Below, piece after piece: positions 50,248 through 63,527 of a stretch of DNA of 64,000 bases. The stretch spans positions 42,098,001 through 42,162,000 of the forward strand of contig OX597837.1 of NCBI GenBank assembly GCA_951406725.2, given 5' to 3'. The notes beneath the pieces were generated by a model. It saw only the letters and a program-made list of their open reading frames with translations, had not been told where the DNA came from and ran no database searches. Within the stretch, counting starts at the first letter, position 1, and each line of letters starts with the position of its first letter. Position numbers and translations under genes: made by a program. This DNA is from Octopus vulgaris. Its lineage: Eukaryota.

Positions 50248-50446
50248 TATATATATATACTGGTGTCATGAAAAAGCATCCAGTCCATTCTGTATTAGGA
50301 ATGGCATCCATTCATGAAGTGTTTGCCAGTCTAGGAATCAAAATCGTGAGTTTCCAATTGTGAGTGCAACATCCAAACCACAAGGCCATGCATCTTCACA
50401 CACACACACACACATATATATATATTTGTGAGTGTGTGTAAAAATG

Positions 50447-50491
<45 letters not shown>

Positions 50492-50513
50492 ACACACACA
50501 CACACACACATAT

Positions 50514-50918
50514 AGGCGCAGGAGTGGCTGTGTGGTAACCAACCACATGGTTCCGGGTTCAGTCCCACTGCGTGGCATCTTGGGCAAGTGTCTTCTACTG
50601 TAGCCCCGGGCCGACCAAAGCCTTATGAGTGGATTTGGTAGACGGAAACTGAAAGAAGCCTGACGTATATATATGTATATATATGTATATGTATGTATGT
50701 GTATGTGTTTGCGTGTCTGTGTTTGTACCCCTAGCATTGCTTGACAACCGATGCTGGTGTGTTTACGTCCCTGTCACTTAGCGGTTCGGCAAAAGAGACC
50801 GATTGAATAAAAACTGGGCTTACAAAGAATAAGTCCCAGGGTCGATTTGCTCGACTAAAGGCGGTGCTCCAGCATGGCCGCAGTCAAATGACTGAAACAT
50901 GTAAAAGAGTAAAAGAGT
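50514..50918 (+). mobile_element. SINE family A
   Basis: Full copy with a small deletion in the head and a (gtaaaaga)n tail. Confidence 0.9.
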
Positions 50919-52155
50919 ATATGTATTCAACTGTATAATTTTTACAGAAGCAGCACAGTCAAATGAATAATAAGATGATGATAATAAAATCAAATAAAAA
51001 CAGGTGTAAGAGGTAATTGCTGGAAACAAAGAAAGAATGTTTGAAATTTGGGACTAATTTGTCTTTCATTGGAGAGAGAAAAAAGAACGGAGAGAAAAAG
51101 AGCAGAGAATAATTGTGGCTGTGGTACATGTGTTTGAGAGTCAGTAATATATTGCTTGATATACAGGAAGAGAATCAGTTGAAATATTCTTAGGAAACCT
51201 GAAGATATAAGGGTTTTTTTTTTGGTTTTTTTTTGTTTTTTGATTTTTTGTTGTTTTTTTTTTGTATTTTTTTTTTTTGTATTTTTTTTTTTGTTTTTTT
51301 GTATTTTTTTTTGTACTGGTAGTAGTGATAGCTGAGGAAATATTTTGTTGAAGTGAAAAGCAAAAACACCAGAACCACTTCCCACGCCACACCGTTCTTT
51401 TTTTTCTGTAATTAAATCTGGTTAAGGCAGAAACGTTGGTTACATTTTATGCCAGAAAATATATGAAGTGATTGAATGAAAGGGAGGAAACATAAAGCAA
51501 TTCAACAGACAAATGCACAGCAGAATTAACTTACATGAAAGGCTAATTAGAACTGAGCTCAGAAGGTGGTTCATGTATAGCAAGCGGAGGAAGGACGCAG
51601 CTGTGTTGACGTGGACATGGAACGCTAAGAAGGGGAAACCTGCTGATATTCTGAGAACACAATAGAAAATAACTGTGAAGGTGGAAGACTAATAAAGCCC
51701 TGGAAAGCAGTGGTTCAGGTTGGGGGGGGGGGTGAGATCTGTTGAGGCTTTTCACAGACTTAATGATGTAGGATTAAAAGAAATGAAGACGTGGCATATT
51801 TTGGACTAATCCAAATTATACCAGATGAATGGAGTGGGTGGCAGGATGGGGGTGGAAAGAAAAAAAAATAAACACTAAACTGATTATTATTATTATTATT
51901 ATTATTTTGAAGAATAAGGCAACAAACTGGTAAAATTGTCAGCATGTCAGACTAAATGCCTGGTGTCATTTCTTCCAGCTCTTTATGTGCTGAGTTCAAA
52001 TAACACAGAGAGCAACTTTGCCTTTTGTGTTTTTGGAAACGATATAATAAATACCAGTCTGTTACTGGGGTTGATGTAATCACCTAGACCCTTCTTCCTC
52101 TTAAAATTGCTGGCCTTGTGCAAAATTTTGAAACTATTTATTTTAAAGAGTGGAG

Positions 52156-52229
52156 ATAGCCTCAGGCCGACCAAAGCCTTGTGAGTGGATTTGGTAGACA
52201 GAAACTGAAAGAAGCCCATCGTATGTATG

Positions 52230-52304
<75 letters not shown>

Positions 52305-52534
52305 ATGTATGTATGTACATGTGTGTATATGCTTGTGTGTCTGTGTTTGTCTCCCTAACATCACTTGACAACCGATGGTGGTGTGTTTATGTCCCCTTAA
52401 CTTAGCGGTTCAGCAAAAGAGACTGATAGAATAAGTGCTAGGGTTACAAAGACTAAGCCCTGGGATCGATTTGCTCAACTAAAGGCGGTGCTCCAGCATG
52501 GCCACAGTCAAATGACTGAAACAAGTAAAAGAGT
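52156..52534 (+). mobile_element. SINE family A, 5'-truncated
   Basis: Starts atagcctcaggccgaccaaag and ends gactgaaacaagtaaaagagt. Confidence 0.88.
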
Positions 52535-53384
52535 ATTATTCTTAATCTTTCTTCGAGTGTTAGTACATTTTAACCATTTTTAAACTATTAGAAATTTTTT
52601 CCATTTCATCGTTTAACTTTGTCCATCTGACTTATTACTTAGTCACCAATTAATTTATAAAACAATGTACTTTGGGTTTATTTTGTTCCGTATGTTTTAT
52701 TCTTCTTTAAAAATTTCATTTCGTTTATATCAGTTCTGTTACCAACAACACAACCATTAGTTTTACATCTGTTTTCACTTGCTGACATATGTTAAGTGTC
52801 AACTACATAACAAACCTAACCATGTTTTCTACATGTTGTTTATTCTTCAACAGAACCGGCTTTTCTGCAAATCTAGATGTGAATTCTCCACAACTCACCA
52901 ATTTCTCTCTCTCTCTCTCTCTCTTCGTTGTCATCCTACTCTGAATTATTTTCATATAAAATTATTTCCTTGAATTAACTAATCTGCTGTTAGTAAACTG
53001 TTAAACAAATTTTATACTACTACATATTAAAAATACTTAAAAAAGAACAATTTATAATGGTATTAATTTATAATGGTATAAATAATAATTTCAAATTTTG
53101 GAGCAAAACAGCAATTTTAGGAGTTGAGAGTCAATCAATCACACCAGCCCCAGTGTACAGCTGGTATTTATTTCATCGACTCCCAAAGGATGGAAGACAA
53201 AGCCAACTTCAGCTGAGTTTAAACTCAGAACACAGAGCCAACAATAGCAGTAATAATAATGATGATATAGAATTCTGGCACAAGGCCAGCAGTTTTTGGG
53301 AAGGGGCTAAGTCAATTAAATTGACCCCAGTGTTCAACTGGTACTTATTTTATCGACCCCAAAAGGATGAAAGGTAAAACTGAC

Positions 53385-53548
53385 ATATATACGATGGGCT
53401 TCTTCCAGTTTCCGTCTACCAAATCCACTCACAAGGCTTTGGTCGGCCTGAGACTATAGTAGAAGACACTTGCCCAAAGTGCCATGCAGTGGGAATGAAC
53501 CCGGAACCATGTAGCTGGTAAGAAAGCTACTTACCACACAGCCACTCT
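53385..53548 (-). mobile_element. SINE family A, head half
   Basis: acgatgggcttct...cttaccacacagccactc. Confidence 0.85.
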
Positions 53549-53817
53549 TGAAAGCGAAATATCTTTTCATCTGTTCCATTTTCTGACCATCAGAGAAGAG
53601 AAATAGTAAACTTAGTATATATGAAGAAATCATGTGACTTTAACAGTATAGTGTCTCATGTCTAGACTATCCTGCATCTCCAATCCACCACAAGGACTTG
53701 CCCTTGTTGCAGTGCAGTGGCTTGTGCACCTCAATGATCCTGAGATTTATGCCAAACAGAATGCAAATTAACAAAAGAGCTTCCCATGTTGGACAGGCCA
53801 AAGGACAGAGGTCAGAC

Positions 53818-54289
53818 CAGTGTTTCTCACCCATTTTTTGCCCATGGACCCCTTTGATACCCGCTTTATTCCAAGCCATTTGATAATGCTTTAAAAAATC
53901 CTATTATATTTTTATAATGAAATGTCATAAAGAATTGTATTAAATAATTATTCTTTTATTCTTTTAATTTGTTTCAGTCATTTGAGTGCGTCCATGCTGG
54001 AGCACCGCCTTTAGTCGAGCAAATCGACCCCAGGACTTATTCTTTATAAGCCTAGTACTTATTCTATCGGTCTCTCATGCTGAACCGCGAAGTGACGGGG
54101 ACGTAAACACACCAGCATCGGTTGTCAAGCGATGTTGGAGGGACAAACACACACACACATATATATATATGACGGGCTTCTTTCAGTTTCCGTCGTTAAA
54201 ATATTTTGTGCATTGTAAAAGTATAACCAATTCATTGCACGTAAATTTTAACAGTGAAATCTTATGTGGACCCTGGATGAGAATCACTG
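53818..54289. mobile_element. hAT (Charlie-like) MITE interrupted by a family-A SINE tail half (~53955-54195, minus)
   Basis: TIRs CAGTGTTTCTCA / TGAGAATCACTG. The flanking 8-mers GGTCAGAC and GGTTACAC match at 6 of 8 positions. Confidence 0.7.
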
Positions 54290-55403
54290 GGTTACACCAA
54301 TATGAACCACTTCTTCCCGGATGCAAAAATGGATTTGTGTGGGGTCAATACCACTACCCAGAAAAAAAAAAAAAAATTACAGAAGATCAATGACAAATCA
54401 AAACCAACAAGACTGGGAGGAGAGCAGCCCAGGGTTAAAAACAGTGGGAGAAAGTATTTGATGACTGATGCTCTATAGGTGTAAAGAAGAAGAATATCTC
54501 CAATACTCATCTTTTGAACTCATTTTGTCTCCTAAGTTTATAACGTGCACATATATTTAGATCAGTAGATTTGTACAAGATATATTTACAATAAACCATA
54601 CTCTTAAGTATCTTAAGTATTTTGGAAATAGAGAGATGGGAGGCTGTTTCATTTATGTTTTTTCCTATAGAAGTTAGCGAGATAATAAAACTGTTTCTTC
54701 AACAGGTAATTGAAATTGGAGTGTAGATATTAATCAGAAAAAAAAAAAAAAAAGAAAGAAAATAAGGAAAAACAGAAAATTACATTGCATGCAAAGTACA
54801 GAACCATTTAATAATTCTCACTGTTTGCACCAAAGTTCTTTGTGCTAAGTTCTGAGTGAAATATTCTGAGAAAGTCCAAAGATATTTTTGCTCTATGATA
54901 AAGTGAGATTCTGTGAGGTTGTTTGAAGAAATGCAACAACATTTAACTGAACAGTTAATTATAAAGATGAATTTAGCATTTATGCAGACAGACGACCTTC
55001 CTTTCTTACCATTAACAATAGCAGATTTCTAAAGATTAGAATCAAAAGAAGGAAATAATAGGTGAAAGAAGAAGAAGGAAAAAAAAGAAGAAATATTTAA
55101 CAATAAAAAAAAATGGAAATAACAGTGTAAGAAAACATGAATAATATAAAGTGCGTGAGAGTGTATGTGCGTGCGTGCGTGTGTGTGTGTGTGTGTGTGT
55201 GTGGTGTGGTGTGTGTGTGTGTGTGAGGAGATGACACTAAAAAAAAAAGTAGCCATTGAAAATAATTATGGAAAAATAAATCTAACAGATTTCAAACTTG
55301 ATATTACTTAAAAAGAAAAAAAAAATTATAAAAGTTTAATGTTGAAAAAGACAAAAAAAAAAAATTATCTTAAGAATAAATAATAGGAAGACTCTAGAAA
55401 AGT

Positions 55404-55435
<32 letters not shown>

Positions 55436-56744
55436 AAGAAAGAGAAAGGGAGAGAGAGGAAGAGAGAGAGAGAGAGAAGGAAAGAGATACTTAGCGCCAT
55501 ATAACGGTAATGGGTAACGAAATCAATCTTGAGATTAACACTTTCACAAGTATTTTATGTGTATTCTGAAGAAAGTTAACAATTAAATAAATGTAATATA
55601 AATATAAAACTCAAAACTCTAAAAACTGTAACTGAAATTCCCATTCTTCGCATTTCCAAACGTTGTGAAAAATAAAACCACTAATCTACTTTATTTTAAA
55701 ATGATGTTAAGCATAAAATTAATGACAAAGGGGGCCAGACATTGCAATTGAGAATTGCACCAATTGAGTCTGCATCTTTGCAGTATCTTTTTTTTTTTTG
55801 TCTTTTATCTTCGACTGAGTTTACAGGTTTACAAGGTATGCCGACTCTATGTTATCATCTTGTACAGAAGTCATTCTTTTCTTTCCAGTTCTTTTATTCA
55901 ATTCAACAGGGAATTGTACTCAAGCTTCAGCAAACAGCCAAACAATATGGCATTGCTGATTCGCAACAGGAAATGGTTTAATATAATTTCATGTGGAGTG
56001 TGTAGCAGAGAAGAAAAGCTTCCTACAATATGGTGCCACGTGATGATAGAGACATATACATTTGAAGTTGAAAGACTGAAAAGTCTTTAAATTAAATAGT
56101 AATATGTTGGTTTATTTAAATGTTACCTGTTACATGATGTTCTATAATAGATATTAGTCCATTTCTTTTATATCCTGTTGCCGCTATAGTAATAATATCG
56201 AATATCAGATAATATTACATTGATACAATAATTATGATTTTACTTTATTCAAACTTTGAGGTGCTTATTAAAAAAGATAATGAAATGAATACAAATTTCT
56301 AAAATGAAGAATACTTATTAGATTAAAATAAAGTAAAACAGATTTCTAAGTTACGCATCTGAAATAAATACATTATCAATAACAATAATACTGTTTAACT
56401 ATCAATTAATTTCAGATGTAATCACTACTTGATATTTCTAAGAGTGATGGCAATAGTATGTACCAATATTCCTCACATTTAACAAGTAACACACTATTTA
56501 GTGTGCGTGCGCATGTGTGTGTGTGTGTGTGTGTATATACATACATATGTTTTTAATGAGAACATGAAGTATGAATTTTGTATTTCCTTCATTTTACATC
56601 TCATAACAAATGTGTATTTCATATTCTGTAATAAGCCTATATACTACCAGCTCACATTACAGGGGAAGTTTCATGTTAATACTAATAAGAACTGCAACCA
56701 ATACAGAAATTTTGTCACACACTTTGCACATTCATTTCCGCATT

Positions 56745-57252
56745 GATTATCGTTATCAAGTATGGCCATTGCACGAAGCTTAATCAATGTTGTTATCGTG
56801 CAATGCCTGTGCAAGAAGATTTTTTTTTAAAGTGAGGAAAGACTGTGCACTGAGTCAATCCCACTCACTAAGCGACAGCAGTCATAATCCGAAAAGAAGA
56901 ACAAGTCAACATCATCGGTAACCACTGCGCCGCAAGTTTTATGTCAGAGTTATCCCAGTTACCTGAGTTACCTTCTCCTAGAAGGATACCCTAACATAGG
57001 CTAGAAGTCCTTCACTCCCAATGGTTTAACTGTGCAATTGGGTATTCAGTCTGATTATTTCTATGTCTCCGCGCATGATACAGCCTTAATACATTTATTG
57101 GATGGCCGTTGACTCATCCTGCAGGGTGTCCAATAAACACCCTCCTTACCAAGCAAGCTTGGTGGGGTTGCTAGTTTAGTCGCCGACGACCCGACCATGC
57201 AACAGGTTGTACTGGGTTACATGTTACCAGTAGCACTCGAAAGTGACCTGAC
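56745..57252 (-). mobile_element. Probable RTE-derived non-autonomous element (5'-UTR-like, structured)
   Basis: GC-richer, CpG-retaining block with several stem-loops. The segment ttaccttctcctagaagg...aggctagaag resembles reverse RTE 5'-UTR sequence, recognised from memory only. Confidence 0.5.
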
Positions 57253-57948
57253 ACATACATAGATAGAAACACACACATACATACATATACACAGACATGC
57301 ATATTGGTAATCAAGGGAGATAAATCCCTTTAAGACCATTGTTAGCTCTCTTTGTTGGATGGTCAAACAAAGTGAGATATGAAGACACACTGACAGCTAT
57401 GTTAATAGATTTTTAAGTATGACCATTACAAGGAAAAGAATAGCTAGTCTATAGTTAGATGGATGAAAACAAAGGAGCAGCTGGTATACATATTTCTGGA
57501 AAATATATTTGTTGCCACAACCCCCCCTCCCCAGTACAAGGAAAAAAAACATATGACATTATTGACAGAGCATGGGAAGTATTTCATTAAAATAACACAC
57601 CAGAAGCCAAAAAATAAACAAAAGTTAATTAAAAATTCATACCTTCCTGCATGAACCTTTGAATGTATTTATTTTTCCACTCTTGATTAATTAATTAATT
57701 AATTGACAATTAAAGAAGAAAGCTACACTAAATGCTGTCACACACACACACACACACACACACAGAGGTACCTTACAGTTCTGTTTCAAGATTCCATCAG
57801 GGTCTTCATCTCACCAGAGATTAACTCTACCTTCAGGTTCAATAAAATATTACTTGCAATGTATGGAATCAATCTAATTAGATATAATCACTCTCACACA
57901 ACAATCAACAAAATACTGAGCCAAAAGAATTCGTCGTCGTCGTCGTCG

Positions 57949-58029
<81 letters not shown>

Positions 58030-58644
58030 TGGCAATCTGGCAGAATCATCAGCGCATCAGATAAAACGCGAAGTGGAATTTCTTCAGGCTCTTTACATTC
58101 TGAGCTCAGAACCTGCTGAGGTCAACTTTACCTTTTTTTCATTTTTTTTTCCAGAGTTGATGAAATAAATAAGGACAAGTCAAGTATTTACCCCCCCCCA
58201 CCATCAAAATTGCTGGCTTTGTGCCAAAATTAGAAACCATTCTTCAAGATGGTGAACTGACAGAACTGTTAGTATGCTGAATAAAATGCTGTCAAATATT
58301 TTGTCCATTTTCATATACCGAGTTCAAATCCCATCATTCTTTTTGGGGATTGATAAAATAAGACACACACATATATATAGGAATGTGGAATGTTAGGTGA
58401 CATGAAATAAGGCAAAAAAAAATTTTTTTAATTAAAAAATAATAAAAAAACTGCAAGAATTATGAAAAAGTTCATTAAATTTGGTGAAGAATAATAAAAG
58501 TTTAATTTATCAGCCTCACAAAAATCTAATGAAATGGCACTTAATATTTCAACTCATAAATTCACAGACACAAATTAACGAATTAGCAACTCACCTGTAG
58601 TCTGCTTAATTAGAAACATTAAATTGCAATAAAAATACACATAT

Positions 58645-58873
58645 TTAAACCTTTTTTTGTTTCTCTATTTCTGTTGGAAACACGGCTTTTGTTTCAATTA
58701 ATTTTGAAATTGATAAAGAATTTAGTAAAATAAGTTTGTCATTATTAAGTTAATGCTTAACACACAATTTAACATGATATTTTGATGGAAAGCTTCAATT
58801 TAAAGCACTTTAAAACCGGAAGGTTTTGAATACAGAACCAGTGGTATAGCACTAGTTGATAACAAAAGGATTG
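58645..58873. mobile_element. Old TTAA MITE, family 2
   Basis: tttcaattaattttgaaa...aagaatttagtaaaataa...tggaa aligns with 25232-25451. Ends are decayed. Confidence 0.7.
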
Positions 58874-59017
58874 AATAGCATTTTAATTATAAGGTTTAAT
58901 TGAAAACCTAAAATACATTGAAGTGACACTCCAATAAGAGGATGATAGAAGAAATTAAATTTTCAATGCGCCAGGCAAAAAATACCATTACTACACCAGG
59001 TCAGCCTTGATTGAGCT

Positions 59018-59266
59018 CATCATCATCATCATCATCGTTTAACGTCCGTTTTCCATGCTAGCATGGGTTGGACGGTTCAACTGGGGTCTGGGAAGCCAGA
59101 AGGCTGCACCAGGCCCAGTCTGATCTGGCAGTGTTTCTACAGCTGGATGCCCTTCCTAACGCCAACCACTCCGTGAATGTAGTGGGTGCTTTTTACGTGC
59201 CAGACAAGGCTGGCAACGGCCACGATCGGATGGTGCTTTTACGTGCCACCGGCATGGAAGCCAGTC
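59018..59266 (-). mobile_element. SINE family C
   Basis: (CAT)n cgtttaacgtccgttttccatgctagcatggg...ggatgcccttcctaacgccaaccac. Confidence 0.88.
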
Positions 59267-59347
59267 AGCAAATGGACAGCAAATATATATTTAGGGTCAG
59301 ATATATCTAAAGCCTTATCTTTGGTTGAAAAAGAAATTACCGTTATT

Positions 59348-59540
59348 CTTTTCTACTCTAGGTACAAGGCCCGAAATTTTGGGGAAGGGGGCCAGTCAAT
59401 TAGATCAACCCCAGTATGCAACTGGTACCTAATTTATCGACCCTGAAAGGATGAAAGGCAAAGTCGACTTCGGCGGAATTAGAACTCAGAATGTAACAAC
59501 AGACAAAATACCGCTAAGCATTTCGCCTGGCATGCTATAT
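59348..59540 (-). mobile_element. SINE family B
   Basis: tttatcgaccctgaaaggatgaaaggcaaagtcgac...ccgctaagcatttcgcc. Confidence 0.8.
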
Positions 59541-59902
59541 GCCAGGTTCCAACCAGAACAAAAAGAAATTACTACCGGTTTAATTAGTCTCAATATAATA
59601 AAAGGGGTTACCACAGGTATAAGACATGTTGAATGGGCGGGGACCTTCAAAGGGATGTCAAACATCCAAGTCTACCAGTGGAGTCCAAATAAAGAAGATA
59701 TATATAAAAAAATATATATTCAGAATTTGCAAAAACAATAAATGAGGTATAAAGAAAGAAAAAAAATTGTAAGCATAGGCAATCTTTAATTCATAATCCA
59801 AACAGTTTGTAGAATTCATATTGGATCTGTACCAACTTGGATTATGAATAAATTATCATCTACACCTACAATTTTATCCTTTTCTTATACTTCATATATA
59901 TA

Positions 59903-60095
59903 TCATCATCATCATTATCATCATCATCATCGTTTAACGTCCGTTCTCCATGCTAGCATGGGTTGGACGGTTCGACCGGGGATCTGGGAAGCCAGAAGGC
60001 TGCACCAGGCTCCAGTCTGATCTGCAGTGTTTCTACAGCTGGATGCCCTTCCTAACGCCAACCACTCTGTGAGTGTAGTGGGTGCTTTTTACGTG
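59903..60095 (-). mobile_element. SINE family C, 3' part
   Basis: Same diagnostic motifs as the 59018 copy. Confidence 0.88.
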
Positions 60096-60109
60096 ATATA
60101 TATATATGA

Positions 60110-60430
60110 ACTGCATAATACCAAAGATCCCTTCTTCTCCATCTTGAATAAGGACCCAGTACTGCAACAGTTTGGGTTTCAGGGGGCCTCAACTTGTTTA
60201 ACATCCTGCCAAACAACCTCAGAGAATTGCGAAGTGTAGATGAGGAGACCTTCAAAAAGCATCTGGAAAAATTCCTATCTGAAATCGCAGATGAACCCAC
60301 ATTATGACAGAGTGGCTTCGTCCAGTTCACTTCTTCATCAAAAACGGTACAGAGAGAAGACACAAACAAACTGAAAGGCGGTGCCCCAGCATGGCCCCAG
60401 CCTTTGGCTGAAAACAGTAGAAGATAAGAG
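60110..60430 (+). mobile_element. CR1-clade LINE 3' end, putative partner of SINE family A
   Basis: CIIPKIPSSPS*IRTQYCNSLGFRGPQL, a frameshift, then FNILPNNLRELRSVDEETFKKHLEKFLSEIADEPT. Tail is aaaggcggtgccccagcatggccccagcctttggctgaaaac. Confidence 0.85.
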
Positions 60431-60622
60431 AAAAAGATGAAAGATATAATATATACATATATATGTGAGTGTGTGTTTGAGTGTGTGTGTTGTGCTATAT
60501 ATATGGTCTTAATTGATATCTGCCTATGTTGTGATTATTGTTTTGCTGTCACTTACAGAGAATTGTACTAATTATCAATGAAGCACAAAATACACGTACA
60601 AACACACATATACATTCACACA

Positions 60623-60657
<35 letters not shown>

Positions 60658-60775
60658 ATGTGTATATCTATGTACATTTTCATAAATATAAATATGTAAG
60701 CACATACATATATATACATCTATATATATATATACACACATATGTACATGCATACATATACATGTATATATATGT

Positions 60776-60846
<71 letters not shown>

Positions 60847-60925
60847 TACATAAATATGTACATGTATTTATATATACACACACTCACTATATATATATAT
60901 ATACACATATATTAATACATATGTG

Positions 60926-60969
<44 letters not shown>

Positions 60970-61558
60970 TGAACAGAACTAGCCACATATATAAAACAGA
61001 AACAATGTATATATATATATATATATACATACATACATGCACAAATATACAAACACACACATCTATATATATATACACACACACACACATGCACACACAA
61101 ACCTAACCGCATATATAAAACAGAGAAACAATAAAGAAAGTCTTAACCACTACTTAAAATCTAGTTCACATTACAAGAGTTCTGTTCCAATTAATATATT
61201 TTGCCTTTCTCCGTTTCTCTCTGATCTAATTAGTTTGATGGAGAGTACATTGTCAATTAAATGATCTGTCAAGTCCTCAAGAGAGAGAAAGGCAAAGAGA
61301 GAGAGAGGCAAAGAGAGAGAGAGAGAGAGAAAAAGAGAAGCGGGGGGGAGACAGACAGACATTGATTGATTTATTGTTTTATAAAAAGGCCTGTAAAAAA
61401 AAAACCTAAGTCCAATCAATTAAAAACAGTTGATATAATCAATTTGACGAGTGTCACTGTGACTCTTACAAACGCTGGTTCATATTATAATGATATACGG
61501 TGAACTCTATACAGAGTTACAGAACAGAAGACAGGTTCGTAAAATACCAATTATTACT

Positions 61559-61760
61559 ATTTTACTTGTATCAGTCATTTGACTGCGGCCATGCTGGTGC
61601 ACCGCCTTTAGTCGAGCAAATCGACCCCAGGAGTTATTCTTTGTAAGCCTAGTACTTATTCTATCGGTCTCTTTTGCCGAACCGCTAAGTTATGGCGATG
61701 AAAGCACACCAGCATCGGTTGTCAAGTGATGTTGAGGGACAAACACAGACACACAAACAT

Positions 61761-61818
<58 letters not shown>

Positions 61819-61869
61819 CATCACTTGACAACCGATACTGGTGTGTTTATGTCCCCATAACTTAGCAGT

Positions 61870-61916
<47 letters not shown>

Positions 61917-62068
61917 CGGGCTTCTTTTAGTTTCCATCTACCAAATCCACTCACAAGGCTTTGGTCGGCCCGAGGCTATAGTAGAAGACACTTGCGCAAG
62001 GTACCACGCAGTGGGACTGAACCTGGTACCATGTAATTGGTAAGCAAGCTACTTACCACACAGCCACT
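61559..62068 (-). mobile_element. SINE family A with an internal inverted 54-bp segment (61817-61870)
   Basis: Full minus-strand copy. The segment inside the TA tract is the reverse complement of ~61680-61732. Confidence 0.88.
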
Positions 62069-62069
62069 A

Positions 62070-62240
62070 CTAAGGGGATGTGTCGATTACAATGACCCCA
62101 GTGTTCAACTGGTACTTCATTTTTTGACCTTCAAAGGATGAAAGGCAAAGTTGACCTCAGTGGAATTTGAACTCAGAACATAGCAGCAGACAAAATACTG
62201 CTAAGCATTTCGCCAGGCATGTTAACGATTCTGCCAGCTT
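62070..62240 (-). mobile_element. SINE family B
   Basis: gaccccagtgttcaactggtac...aaaggatgaaaggcaaagttgacc...gttaacgattctgccagct. Confidence 0.8.
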
Positions 62241-63008
62241 GATGCCTGGAAGAGGATCACAATGATGATAAAAACTACAGCCGTAACAAATAGGTAAGAT
62301 TTGCTAACATGCTATGCTTTTACTAATTGTTTTATGTGTACATGTAATGGAGAGCCAATATAGATACCCTCTCAACAGAACATCTGGAGGAGAGAGAGCG
62401 AGGGGGTGGGAATAGCAGCGGTGCTTGGCTGGTGAGTATTTCACCTGAGTAGATTGAACTAATGTGAAATGAAGCATTTTGCCCAAAGACACGACGTCCT
62501 CCTTGGTCTAGGAATTGAACTCACAAACATACAATTATGATGCCAACACTTTAACCACTAGGTCGTGAGCTTTCATCTTCTAAATACATATAAGAAAGTA
62601 CAGAGAACACAAACCAAATTCTAGATTAATGTTTAATGCACCAACCAAAAACATTAGTTATTATGGAATATAATTCTACCATGTTCTAGATTAACGTTTA
62701 GTACACAATGTTTATATTTATTTATTCCTTTTTCATAACAAATTGACTTTCTTCTCCTCTCTTTCGCTCCTTCTCTTTCCTTCTCTCTCTCTCTCTCTCG
62801 CTCTCCTTCTCTTTCGCTCTTTCTCGCCTGTGTGCTTTCATGAACACTGATACGAAGAAATGGTTGAAATAAAAAGCTTGAAGTGTTAAAAGCAACTCAT
62901 TTGAAAACCAAATTTATTCTTAAAAGTCAAACATTGCTGTAGTTGTTTGCCAAACTCAAAAACATCTCGAGAAAGATAAAACAGAAAAGAAACTAAACCC
63001 ACACACAT

Positions 63009-63057
<49 letters not shown>

Positions 63058-63527
63058 ATTCCACACACGTCATCATTAATACTGCACATTTGTAGCAGCT
63101 GCCATAACAACAATATATTCATAGTAATTTTTTCCACCTGCTTCATATTTTAATATTTAAAATACGAGATAAGCTCCCTGTTGTTTAGAGAACAGATGGA
63201 GAGGTCATAGAATTGCTTTCTTTATTCAATGCCTCTCCTTGAACAGAATGTCTCATCTCTGTAATTTATCCTTTTCCTTCCGTGTATTTGGAAATAACAA
63301 CTGGATTCTAAGAACGAGATATTTTAATCTCCCTCAAAGCACAGAAGTCTAGCTAGGGACATTTTATCTTTCTCGGAGAATAAAACCAAGCTAGAATAGA
63401 CATCTAAATTAGAGAGGGGTACAACATCCTGAACAGTATAAAGTCAATGGTAGATTTAAGATAATTTACTGTGTTCTATTTATGAGGAAAGTTAAACAAG
63501 AATCCCAGAATTTACTTCATAGGTTTA

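Noticed and set aside
51682-51693. TGGAAGACTAAT resembling the miR-7 5' end
   Set aside because: The match ends after 10 nt and there is no hairpin partner.
55742-56090. Non-repetitive ORFs of 79 and 111 aa
   Set aside because: No recognisable domain, non-ATG starts and no convincing splice structure.
2656-61264. Numerous ORFs of the [12 protein letters not shown], poly-I/L/N and SLSL type
   Set aside because: They are translations of (TA)n, (TG)n, (ATT)n and (GA)n microsatellites, with no coding signal.
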